In this document: one piece after another, positions 49,776 through 62,535 of the stretch | Position numbering within the stretch: position 1 is the stretch's first letter | Layout of the letters: each line of letters starts with the position of its first letter | DNA from: the human T2T-CHM13v2.0 reference genome, Homo sapiens | Direction: 5' to 3' (one strand) | Assembly (NCBI RefSeq): GCF_009914755.1 | Contig: NC_060933.1 | DNA: 64,000 nt | Made by a program: the position numbers and the translations under genes | The notes under the pieces: model-generated | Databases searched by the model: none | Seen by the model: the letters and a program-made list of their open reading frames with translations, nothing else | What the model was told of the DNA's origin: nothing

Positions 49776-52219
49776 TAAAACTTGAAAGGAATTTACATTT
49801 TGCTTTTAAAGTTCTTTATGTTTGAAACTTTAGACAGAGATCAACAAATCCTCAACAAGAGATAGCTCAATTTTTACCTTTGAAAAAGGAATTATGTTAC
49901 ATATCTATAAGAATGAATAACTACAGCACAGAAAAATACTCATAAGTAATATATTATTTGAAATCAGGAGTCTAAGAAGAGAAAATGCAAATGGACCCTT
50001 TTCTATGAGATTTAGATAAATTACATGAAAAAATATGTGTGATAAGAGGTATGTGTTCTGAGTTAATACATATACTTACAAAATCTGAAAAAATTGCAAC
50101 AGGAACAGTAAATATGGAAATTGAAATCACAAAAAAATCAATGAATTTGAAGACCATTTGGAGAAATGCTTATATAATCTTAAGATTAATTTATTCTAAT
50201 CATGCACCAGTGATAGTATTATAAGAAGAAATAAATTCATTATCATTTTTTACTATATTTATTTTTTAAGACAGAGATTGGTACTAATTCAGTAATGGAA
50301 AACTAATTGTAAAATTTGTACTGTGGTAAATTTGGAAAACAAGGCACGGCACAGAAAGAGTATATAATAAAATCATTTGGCATAAAGGCCATTTGAAATG
50401 GATTAATTATAGTGATGAAACATGTCATCATTTCCTGGACAAGTAGGGAAAATAGGCAATGAGAAGGCTATGGAGGAGAGAGAAGAGAGTAGAGTCCATA
50501 GAGTGACAGTCTTCAACAGGTTAAAAACCTGTACGAGTTCAGGTCTTGAACAAGTGATATTGGATGAAATGGGAGGTAGAGAGGACCAAAGAGTAGGATA
50601 TTTTATTTTTTTTTTTAATATTGAGAAACATTTGCTGTCTAATATAGAGAAGAAATGTTATTAACTTGCATGGTGGTCAAGAAACTGCCAGGTAAGATTT
50701 GAAAGAGTTACCAGTTTGAGGTAAGCACAATAGAGAATAACGACAGAGTTTATAATGGAGAGAATGTCTTTGAAAGCCAAAAGCAAAAGTTTTCTTAATA
50801 GAGAAAGAAACCAAACAAAGGTTTGAAAAAGCATTTGAATGGAAAGTTTGGTGTAGATGTACGTTATGAACCATAAACTGTCAAAGTTTATTGGTGATGC
50901 TTGCTGGTTTATTTACTTGTTGGTTTTCAGAAGGAAAGAACTATAATAGACTGATAACTACAAATTAACTGAAATTGTATATACCCTGCCTCCTCATGAT
51001 TAGGCAGGTGAAGATGGGGTGAGCAAAATAGTAGCAACCCATTGAAAGGGCTGTTGAAGGGGTTATATTTTCCAGACATATCAGGAGTTCAAGTTGTTAT
51101 TAAAAATGCAAAAAGAGTTTGCTAATCAGAACATAAGCATTCAATATCTATCACTATCAAGATGTGAGATAAGGTATAGGTAATTGATTCTGTTGGAAAA
51201 GCAGAGTCATATAATGATGAAAGTCTGATAATACCTCTGTGACTTGAAAGTGACAGAAATAAACAGGAACATGAAGCAAAGAGTTTTAGTTCTGATAGTC
51301 TCTTTGAGGAGGAGGAGTAATGGCACTATTGTCATTTTTTGAATACTTCCCCTAGTATTTTTAGTGATTTCACAAATCGTTCTAATGCCTTAAAGGACTA
51401 CCACTCTGGAATATCACTCAAAGCAATGTTCTTGTGAGGATTAGGCTTAATGAAAAGTTCTGTAATGCTTGGACACATGGAAAGCTGACCAGTATTAGAT
51501 AAAACAAAATTGTTATAGTTGGGAATTATTACTATAGGTATTTTCATCATCATTTTGCAACATTTATAATTTTTTCTTAATGAAATATGTTGATTTTTCA
51601 GTGTTTTTAAAGTAAAATTGTATTACATTTAAAAAATTAATAGAGAATTATTCTGTTGAAGACAATGAATGCATATTATGCTTAACATGTTAATATGTGT
51701 TTCACATTATTTATAGATTTTGTCTACTGCATTGAAATTTGCTAGAATGCTGCATATGTACAGCTTAATGTAATCACTTCCTAACTATAATCTCTGGAGC
51801 CAACCCAGTTACAATAAAATTAACTCTAATTTTGTGTCTTTTATTTGTTTCTACTTCTAGGTTAAATATGGTTTGAGAAAAGTGTTTTAGAAAACTTTGA
51901 AAAATCACTGGCTTGTTAAAATGCATGTTCTATTAAAATATATGAGTCCTATCTCCGGGTTACTTAAAATATTAGTTTTACTCCAAATTGTATTCTAGTT
52001 TCCCTATCTTTAAAATATGTTCATGAAACATTTCTCTTCTCTTATGAAGTTAAATGTTCTTTTAAGTTTGAAATTTATTAGAGAACTCTGATATATGATT
52101 TTTAAAAAATAACACTCTGAATTACTTTCTAAAATGGAAAGCAACCCTAAACAAAAATATATTACCAATATTCAGTTTTACCTCTGGCTTCAACTTATTT
52201 TTCTCTCAAGATCTTATTA

Positions 52220-52850
52220 TTCTCTTCTCCAGCTACCCAAGGTGCAAAAAGGAAAGAAGGCCAAAGGGAAGAAGGTGGTGCCCACCCTTGCTGTCTTGAA
52301 AAAGCAGGAGACCATGAAAGTGGTGAATCTTCCATTTGAGAAATTTGGCACTGGACAGGACATTTTGGCATTGGACAGAACATCCAGCCCAAAAGGGACC
52401 TCACTTGCTTTGTCAAATGGCCCCATTATACTAGGTTGCAGCAGCAGAGAGCCATCCTCTATAAGCAGCTAGAAGTGTCTTCTGTGATTAATCAGTTCAC
52501 CAGGGCCTTGGACTACCAAACAGCTGCTCAATGGGGTAAGCTGGCTGGCAAGTACAGACCAGAGACAAAGCAAGAGAAGCAGCAGAGACTGTTGGCCTGG
52601 GCTGAGAAGAAAGCAAAGGAGACATTCCCACTAAGAGATCACCTGTCCTTTTAATGGGGGTTAACGCTGTCACCACCTTAGTGGAGAAAAAGAAGGCTCA
52701 GCTGGCGGTGACTGCACAGGACAGAGATCCCATTGAGTTGGTTGTCTTCCTGCCTGCCCTGTGTTGTAAACTGGGGGTTCCTTACTGCATTATCTAATGG
52801 AAGGCAAGCTTGAGACATCTAGGATTAAAAAACAAACAAACAAACAACAA
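52220..52850 (+). pseudogene. RPL7A: Processed pseudogene of ribosomal protein L7a (eL8); 5' UTR to about codon 193, 3'-truncated
   Basis: Intronless match to [53 protein letters not shown]; ATG>GTG at 52242; frameshifts and stops; pyrimidine-rich 5' end; A-rich tail 52827-52850. Confidence 0.95.
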
Positions 52851-52948
52851 CTCTTAAAAATATTCTTTTAAAACTTCTAATTATTAGGTATTTTTTTATC
52901 TCTTCAGTACATTAAAATGTCTGGTGGTAGGAAAATACTGGACTCATA

Positions 52949-53125
52949 TATGACTGTCCACGTGATTTGCAGGGCCCAGTGCAAAATGAAGTGGATGTTG
53001 TACCTCGTTCAAAGTGTTAAGCGTTTCAAGATGGCAACAGCAGAGCATTAGGCCAAGTATGAGGTCATTATGTACATGGGTCCTTGTGTGACCACACAGG
53101 TCACAGGAACATGAAGCTAGACTTG
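52949..53125 (-). mobile_element. MER45A (hAT-Tip100)
   Basis: atttgcagggcccagtgcaaaatgaa...tttcaagatggcaacagcagagcatta...cacaggtcaca...catgaagc. Confidence 0.85.
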
Positions 53126-54438
53126 AGTGTATATTCAGATAGGTAAATCTTACAGATTTTTAAAACTCAATAAAAGAAAAACTACATTTCATGTGTGAAC
53201 ACAAAAATTGGAATTAAATTGGCAATAGCATTGGGATTTGTGCTCAGAGTCACAGTTTATATCTGACCACAATTTCTATATGAATTTTTTAAGATAAAAC
53301 AGTAAGAATTTTAAAGAAGGTTTCTGAAATTTAAAAATTATAATAACAAAATTAACTTTGATATTTTAATTCCATGTAATTTAAAACATTTAATAGGTAT
53401 ATAATGTTCCACTATTAACTTAACTAGAAGTATAAAAATAAAACATATATAATAAAAATATTCTACTTATTTTTAAATTATCTATATTATACCGAGTAAA
53501 AGAAAATTTAGGAATATAAATAAATGGGGATTTTTGAACATGTAAAAATATTTTCTTGCTGTTTTTAGGAGACTTTTAGCAGGACAGGAGCTTACCTCTC
53601 ATCTACCTCTGCTTGGACAAAGCAGTGATGTGATTTGCAAATAGGTTGTAACTTCACCGAAAGCACATCACAGTAAAGAAAGGTAGTGACTTTCAGAGAA
53701 TTTGACCTAAGTTAGAATTTGTAAAAAAGAAAAGCATTGTCCTTATGCCTAAAGTACATGACTGTTTCTTTTTAAGTTACATGTATATTTACCTGCCCAA
53801 TTTGTTTTACTCTGTATTTCAAGTTATCAGGTGAAATGGTCTTGGAATAAATTAATGAGTTATTTGTTCTGAATAAATGTGCATGTTACAAATGCAAACA
53901 CGTGTATGTATTATACAACTATGCAGCTTCAAGAGCTGACTTATTTCTATCAGCTTTTTATTCACTTTAAAAAATCAGGCTACTGAAGCATATTAGAATT
54001 TAATTACACCAATTAGTACTGCCACATCAGACATATGATGTGCCTTCAATTAAGAAGTACCTAATGGGTATTAGTACAATTTAGCTTCATAATTAAAGTT
54101 CTAAGAACAGCACAAATTAAACATTATGATTACAAAACATTAAAAATCTACTGGTGAAATTAAGCTGAATATTTTAGCTTCTCCTTTTGAGCTGATTTTA
54201 AAAAAGAAAATCAAGATTATATAAAATGCAATGTTATTATTGAAGCATTCTGAATTTCAAAACAGAAATTAAGCTCACATGCCCATAAATATGTGCATAT
54301 ATAATGATTAAATGTTTAATAAAATACCCAACCTAACACTTGTGTCATCTAATAAGCACTAAAGGTTATCATTTTGGAGTTTCACTTGATTGGGTTTTTT
54401 TTTTTTGTTTTGTTTTTTTCATAGAAATATTTGATATA

Positions 54439-54876
54439 TGTGGTCACCACTCACAACTCTTGCTTCAGTGAGCATGGATGACAGGCAGCCCCAGCTACTG
54501 TTTTTCTGGTTGTATGACTATCTTTGCACTCAGACCATATTTTCTCTGGCTGTTCCTGGCCAATGACTGAGCATGCTCGGAGTATTGATGAAGGCCATTT
54601 TTAAGATTTGTGATAACCTTCCAACAGAAGACTTTGGACTGGAGACTCCTATTGTCTGGGCCAAAATTTCCTAAACTGTGTTTCAGGCTGTGACTCTTTC
54701 ATTCTCATCTTTCTTCCTTCTCCCCCTCCTTTGACAGAAGCCAGGCTTGCATCACTGAAGACTCCCTGCACTTAGATCTGCTTTTTCTTCTTAATCTTTA
54801 ACTAATGTTCCTCTCATAACCTTTTGAGTGACTTATAATTGCATAGTATCAGCTTCTTGGAAAACCTGACTTGATA
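54439..54876 (+). mobile_element. ERVL solo LTR, LTR16A-like
   Basis: gcagccccagct...ggccaatgactgagcatg...gactttggactggagactcctatt...cagcttcttggaaaacctgact. Confidence 0.7.
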
Positions 54877-57444
54877 AACTATCCTATTTGAAATACAGAT
54901 ATATACGCATTTAACAATTTTTGACATTATTAGCACATTGAGTATTAAATAGTATCTGAAGAGAGATACCTTTAAAAATGAAAACACCTTCCTATTGGGG
55001 TTTTCTTCAAAACAAATAGATTATTTTTAAAAAGATTACAACTATAGCAACTTCGGTCTCTCCTGTTTTATCTACTAGAGTGATTTGCTTCCTCTGCCTT
55101 TCTTAAAGTGACTGGTTAAAATGTTTTAGCACTTAGCAGTTTCTTCCTAGTTTTGCAGATATGGCCCTGAAATGGCTTATGAGTAAGGCAAATAGAGGAT
55201 GTTCTTACTGGGCTAGTGCTTTTATTTCTCTCTTTTGCTTGTTCTATTTTTTAAGTGAAAATGGCATTAGCATCTTATTTGTCAGGCTTTCATTTTCGTG
55301 TTTGAGAATTCCACTTGTAGATAACCAACAGCTATAACCTGTTCAGGTCTCTAAAAAATATAGCTTATTGAATGAGCAGTCACACACAAGAAATTCCGTT
55401 CTTCCCGTAGTCCATCATGCTTTACCCGTATTCAGCTTCTCACTTCTGTATCTAAAAATACTAGATTTTATCATTCTACTTTAAAGTTTCTTTCTTTTTT
55501 TTTTTTTTACTTTTCCTAAAATACTCAAATTTCCATAAAGGAACAAGGGATAAAGCTTAAGCATAACTTCAAAAGAGACATAAGCGGGGTGAACAAGATC
55601 CAAACACAGGTTCTCTTGTTGTAAAGATAGACCTTTAACCATGTGCAATCTGTCTATTAAGAAAATAGAGGACTCTAAACACAAAATTAAGAGTATAGTT
55701 GTCTCTGTGTGGCTGAAAAAGAGTGAAAGATAACTGCAAAATTATTGATACTGTTCTTATGCTTAAATTGGGTTGTGTGCTTACATGTGTTCATTATGTT
55801 AATATGTCTCATAGGTTAGGTATCTTAATCAAATATGCAGTTATATAAATACGATACACTGAGATAAGATAACTAGCAACACATTGAAACAAAAAACAAG
55901 AATAGGATTGAATACTGTCACGATCTTTATAAGGCCTGGCCTTTCACTATGTAAATAGATATCTTTTAGTCCAAGAAATCACAGAGCTTACACATTTTTA
56001 GGAAAAGAAGAAAAAATGCATAGAATAAATTAATTTTATGTCCTGTAAGCAAAAGTCTACTAAGGTGAATTCAAAATACCCCATAACAGCAAAAAAGAAT
56101 GCATTCAGAAGTCCTAAATCTATAAACAATAAAAATAGTTAAGCACATAGAATTTACTTAAGTTCAAAAGCATCATGTTCATTAGACTTATATAATTCTT
56201 GTAGCGTTTAGTACATCCTGGATAATTCTTATTCCCATTATTTATTGCTAAGCACATTGAAATTTCACATTAATAATATTATTATTTTTTAACTTTCGTT
56301 TGTATTGTAACTGTTGGTTTTAACTGATGAAGATGCAAAACAAAAATAAACATTCAGGTAAATAACTATTTTCTAGAAAGATCCAACCTGTAAGCTAGCA
56401 ATATGGTTTGATTCTTTATTTTAAAGTTATGTTATTATAAGTATATAAGCAATTCAGATAATAGATCCTGAGTTATGATGCATATCGTATTTGCATAAGC
56501 TTAATATATTTTAAAGATAACCAAAAAAGATAATGTATAATTAAAACTATAAATAAACACATTACTCAACATAATTACTCCTTAAATATTCAGTCCATTT
56601 AATATAGGTCTTTGCTGCCGTAAATGAACTCCCATGAGCTTCTAGAGAGACTCGTTTTATTAAATGTTATAGTCTCTGGCTCTGACCAATCATAGCGCTA
56701 TAGACACTGTTATAAACAATGTAATAAGCTGCTAAAAAAGCAAGAGGTATTTTTTTAATTTTTGGAATTTGATTTTATTATCATGTTTTCATACCCACAC
56801 AAAATAATCAATACATTAACATACAACCATCACACATATTCAATAATTATCATAATTTTGTTGTTTCTGCTTAAGGTGTCCCTGTTCTCTTCTTGCCAAA
56901 TTATTTTAAAAATATATCTCAGAATGTAATTTTATACCTACATACTTAAGGATATATCTCTAGAAAATGCAGATATTTAGTAATACATTTTTGCACAGTT
57001 AATTTATTTTTCTTCAGGATCTCAATTCAAATATTGTTTGTTATTAAAAAACTGCCTCTAGCATATGTTTTACTATACATTTAAGAATATAATTTGGAAA
57101 AAAAAGTCTGACACATAGTCCATGTTCAATTTACCTCTTCAACTAATCTACTAAAAGGAAAAAAATGACACCAGTACTTCTTACTCTTCCCTGAAGTTAT
57201 GTTATGATATTTTTAGATTTTGAAATCCAGTAAAGTGTGCCCATTATTGATTTCAAGTACATGTTTCCTAACTCATTTCAATCTCTTCTATAATCAAGTG
57301 CAAGAGAAAATATAAAATAGGCCCTATGATTGTAGAAATAAAAGTGGAAAAAAACTAGCCTAGAGTTCATAAAAGTAGACATATAAAAATCTTGAAATGA
57401 TAAAGGCCATAATCAATTAATTGAAATTAAAATTATTCGTTTGA

Positions 57445-57827
<383 letters not shown>

Positions 57828-59980
57828 AGTGTATGCCTTCTAAAAGCAGAGTCTGTAGAAAATATATATATAAATGGTAACACAAGCATATAAAATAAAA
57901 TGTGGCAATTACTATTCAATGAAAAATACAGGGACATTTGGGAGAGCATAACAAATAAGGGATCAAATACGTGCTGAGATAAATACATTTTTGTTACATG
58001 AGTCAGGAGTTAAAGAAATAAATGAAAGATGAGAGATTAGGATATAAAGTATATAGGGTGCCAGTTCATATAACACTTTACATTAAAGGAATTTGAGCTT
58101 TTGTTTGAAACAATGGAAGCTATTGGAAGTTTTAAGGGGATTGATATGAAGGAGGTAAAATAGGAGTCTATAGCACTAATCTAAAGTGGTAAGTGAATGG
58201 AAGTCAAAGCTATTTAGTGGAGTAGGTTGAACCAAAATTGATGACTAAGTACGTGGTATCTAAAGGAAAGGAAAAGTTTGAGTCTTGGGTATCTGGCATG
58301 CATAGTATACTAACAGTGATATACACAGTTACTTTCAGGCTCACTGAATGAGTAGTGGTCAATGAAATACAGAACAAAGTCATGCAATTCACTTTCAAGT
58401 TGTGTTCTTGAAACATGGCACCCATGAAGATTTCAAGAGTCATTTGTTATTATATCGCATCTTGACTAATACCAAGTTGTTAGAAAAAAATGAAATACTA
58501 TTGTAACAATAAGCTAAAATAAGTGGTATTGTCTTAACAATGAGAAAGAGCATGAGGAAACTTAAGATCATAGATGATGAAAACTGTTTCCCCTATCCCC
58601 ACTCCCAAGAAGGGAGAGGTTGGGATTATACAAAGTGATTAATCTATGTGTTCTTCCCAGAAAAAAAAAAGGCAGAGTTTAATCAAATAACTTTTCCAAC
58701 CTTTAGTATATGGTTCATTCAAACTGTCTGACCTGTAGTGTTTCAGAATTACCAATGGTCAGTGGTTTCTATGTACTATACCTTATATTTTGCCTTTCTC
58801 AATGGGCTATGAGCATTACATATCTTAGCTCATTTATCTTTTAAATAACTTTAAGAAGCTAGTATTATTATTAGCTTGATTTTGCTGGTGAGAACATTGA
58901 GATGTAGAGATTCAGAGTAGCTAGTGTTTGGTATAACTATGATTTAAATTTAGTTCTGTCTTATTATAATATTAAACAAGTATGTGACTTCGTAGTATAA
59001 TGAGTCTCATTCAAAACATACAGCAGTTGCAGCCTAACATCTTGTTACTTTAGGTGGTGACATAATGTATTGACTCATATTGAGCACTTCTAAGTGTAAG
59101 TTTTAAGTAGCTTTTTTTCTTTAGAAAGGTGCTGAAGATAATTCAAATACTTTTTTGCATATTATTTTGTGTCCCTGTAGATTGCTAGGACTATGAGGGC
59201 AGGGCCATATATATTGTGTTCATCTCTCTATATTCATTTTCTAATGCTGGTCCAAGAAACAGGTTGAGATGCTAAGTAGGGAGGCCATAGAAAACATCAT
59301 GGAAAAGATAGCATTTATGCAAAAATTTAAAGGTGGTGAGGGATTAAACATGTAGATATCTGAAAGAAGGGAGCCCAGGAAGAGGGAAAAGACAGTGCAA
59401 AAGCCCAAGACAGCCCCATATCTGGCTTGTTTGAAGGGGTTCAAGGAAACCAGTGTGGCTGGAGATGAGTGAGGAAGGGGAGTTAACGATGAGCACACAG
59501 AAGTAATTTGGGCCTTGATGTACGTTTTTAATTTTTAAAAATATATATTATATTTAAATGACATAATAATTGTACATATTTACAGGGTATTTTAAAACTC
59601 ACACTGCCTTAGAATTTTACCATCAATGAAAGAGAGGGTCACTACAGGTCCTAAGAAGAGAAGTGACACGCTCTTTTATGTAAAAAGGATGACTGTGGAT
59701 ATTGTGTTGGTAACTGACTGTAAGGGGACACTTTTAGGAAAAGTCCCCTCTTTAGATATTGACTTTATCCAAGAGGAAAACAGTAGTAATTCACACCTCA
59801 GTAGACATGGTGAGAAGTAGTAGATTCTAGATATTATAAAGTCTTTGAGTTTAAGCAACCAGAGGAAGGACTTGCCATCAAATGAAATGGATAAGCATAA
59901 ACAGGTTTGGTAGTAGCTGGGAGATGGAAATCAGCAATTTCTCCTGAGTCATACTTTCTTTGAGATTTCCATTAGGTATC

Positions 59981-60488
59981 TGAAGTAATCAGAAACTAGC
60001 CAGGAAAATTGAAATCACTGAGAATTTAAAACAAAGGGAATTGATACAGGTAATTGATGGTAGAAATAACTTTAAAAAAATTAAAGCCAACCAGGGGACA
60101 GTGAGGCAACCTACAATTTAGGAACAGTGGGAGGCTACTATCACCTTCCCTTGGAGAACAGGGATAGGAGGCTGTACTACTGGAGCTGCAGGGAGGGATA
60201 TTTGGGGGAAGCTGGAACCACAGTGGGCCTATGTAAAGGAGCAGGAGCCTGTAAAAAATGCAACTGTTATTAGGGATGACAGGGAGAAATTGAGACAATA
60301 TCTAGATTTCTCCTTGTTCCTGCCTTTCATCTTTCTACATGTGTCTCCTATTGTTTGAGCCTAACTGGAAGCCAGCTTTCAGAAAATCTGAGCTACATAA
60401 TCCACAGTGTTCATCCCCTCTGTCTTATGAACTGAACTGGGCAGAGTGAGGAATGGGTCTCAGGAAAAATAGACCCACTATCATCACA
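59981..60488 (-). mobile_element. ERVL LTR, LTR41/LTR33-like
   Basis: ggggacagtgaggcaacc...cctattgtttgagcctaactggaagccag; sits between two contiguous L2 halves. Confidence 0.6.
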
Positions 60489-60727
60489 ACATTCAGGTGG
60501 AAGTGTAAAAAATGCAATTGGATTTATGAGTGTGGAATTTGGGATAGAGATATGGCATGGAAATATAAATTTGGGAGTCATTGGCATTTACACTGCATGT
60601 AAAACTATGAGATTGGATGAGATAACCAAGGAAAGAAGTGCAGAGAAAGATGATGGTGGGGGGAAATAAAATACTGAGGCCTGGAGCATTCCAACATTGA
60701 GTCTGAGGAATAGAAGAAAACACTAAA

Positions 60728-60751
60728 AGAGAGAGAGAGAGAGAGGGAGAC

Positions 60752-60798
<47 letters not shown>

Positions 60799-60799
60799 A
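60728..60799 (+). repeat. (GA)n microsatellite, ~70-bp purine tract
   Basis: Directly visible. Confidence 0.95.
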
Positions 60800-61312
60800 G
60801 TATACAAATAATATAAAACCAGGGAGTCAAATGAAGATAGTATTATGAGAATAATCTACTTCAAATGCTGCTGATAAATCAAGTAAGGTGAGAAAAATAA
60901 CTATAAGATTAACAAAGTGGAGGACAGGTTTAATTAGAGTACTGGGGGGCAAAAATCTGTATGGAAGTGAAATGATTAAAGAGAAAATGCGAGGAGCAAA
61001 TGACACGGTGACTATAAATTATCCTTTTAAAGAGTTTTGGTGAAAAAGGGATCAAATTCCCTGGTGGTATCTGACAATGAAAATGGGGAAAATGAAGAAT
61101 ACTGGTCGCTTATTTGCTTTTATTTTCTAGTATGACAGAAGTAATAGCTTATTTGTATGATCATGAAATGACCCAATAATGAGGAAAATTTGATTATGTA
61201 TAAGAGAGGTAAGTATTGAAAAGTATCTGTCTATAGCCTGTGTAGTCAGAAAGAGTTGATGAACAAGTAAAGGTGTAAGCTTGAGGTAGGTGTATAAACA
61301 TTTCATTTCTGG

Positions 61313-61542
61313 CAGTGGGTTTCTTTAAGGAGAGATTTCACTCAGCAAGGAGCCAATTGGCAATGTTTGGAGATGTTTTCTGTTGTCACAACTTGTGAAT
61401 GGAGTTACTACTAGCATCGAATTGGAGAGGCCAGGGATGTTGCTAAACATCCTGCAACATACAAGGCAACCTTTCCAACACCCCATCCCAAACATAGAAT
61501 TATCTGGCTCAGTTTGTCCATAGCACCAGAGAAAAGACCCTG
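61313..61542 (+). mobile_element. MER20 (hAT-Charlie)
   Basis: cagtgg...ttggcaatgtttggagatgttttctgttgtcacaact...gaggccagggatgttgctaaacatcctgcaa...ccctg. Confidence 0.9.
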
Positions 61543-62535
61543 CTCTATTAATATGCAGGATGAGTAGTGTGTAATTTTAGATACTGGCGTTAAGTATATG
61601 TAGTAGTGGGAGTCTGCATACATTTCCTCTTGATTGTTATTTATCTATCTATTTATTTATTTATTGACACAGGAAACAAGGTCATCAGCTGGCATTGAGA
61701 TTGAAGAAAAGTATGTGAGGGGTGTGAAATGAGGAAAGAATCCATAAGTTAATCTTACATAAGAGGAAGAAGGCAATGGCTAACAAAAGAAAAATGGGCT
61801 TGTTTGGCCGCATTAAAGGCACATTTGCTTTTCAAGGTTGTGGTTTTAAAGAGATAACAATCAGCACAATTTGGTTGTGTGTTTTTCTCCCACTGCAGTT
61901 TGGGTATAAAAGCAATTCCAAAATTGATGGAGACATGCATGAAACTAAGGCTACAGTTTTGCTAAGTCAGTCATGTTTAGTAGATAGAAATTTATTTGAT
62001 GACCAAGGATGGCACAAAATGTTTAAAAGACTGAATATGTGACATAATAAAGCACATTTATGAAACAGTAAATTGCTTTTTGTAAAGGTGGATTATTTGA
62101 TGTATCTTGAAGGAGAAATAACAACTGTGAATCAAATATTTATTTATGAAATTGGCAGAGTAAATGATTAAAGTTTTAATGATCAGATTGTCATTTTAGA
62201 GTAATTATCATTATACGACAGTGAAGAAAAGTTTGAAGAAGTTAATTTATAGAAAAAGGATGCTATTGTTTTAAATTAATGCACTGGTCTAGCTGTGATT
62301 TCATTAAGATGATTTCATAACTGTAACAGTAACAATAGGAATATTGAGGACAAGAATGTTGAGGACAGGAATTAAAGAGAAATTTATTGGTTGAAATAAA
62401 TTAGGTTTTTAGATTCTTTATGATTTATGTTTAAGAAGGAATATATAATTTCTAGTCAATATATAATAATGCAAATTTAACACATAAGAAATATTGATAG
62501 AAAAAGCATTCTACCTTAAACATATTGCTAGACCA

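Larger units (their letters stand above)
59260..61300 (-). mobile_element. L2 (multiple pieces), interrupted by an LTR and (GA)n
   Basis: ggttcaaggaaaccagtgtggctggag, atataaatttgggagtcattggcat, tcaaatgctgctgataaatcaagtaag. Confidence 0.75.

Noticed and set aside
52134-52472. 112-aa ORF fusing flanking sequence to the RPL7A N-terminus
   Set aside because: An upstream ATG in AT-rich flank is in frame by chance and shifts out of the RPL7A frame. There is no promoter or expression evidence.
53569-53682. Possible plus-strand exon after the strong acceptor ttttcttgctgtttttag
   Set aside because: The donor is weak (AAG|gtagtg), all three frames have stops, and there is no other support.
58210-58443. 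77-aa ORF and the other 60-120-aa ORFs in the track
   Set aside because: They lie in L2, Alu or L1 sequence or are low-complexity AT-rich translations. No recognisable domains, and lengths are as expected by chance.
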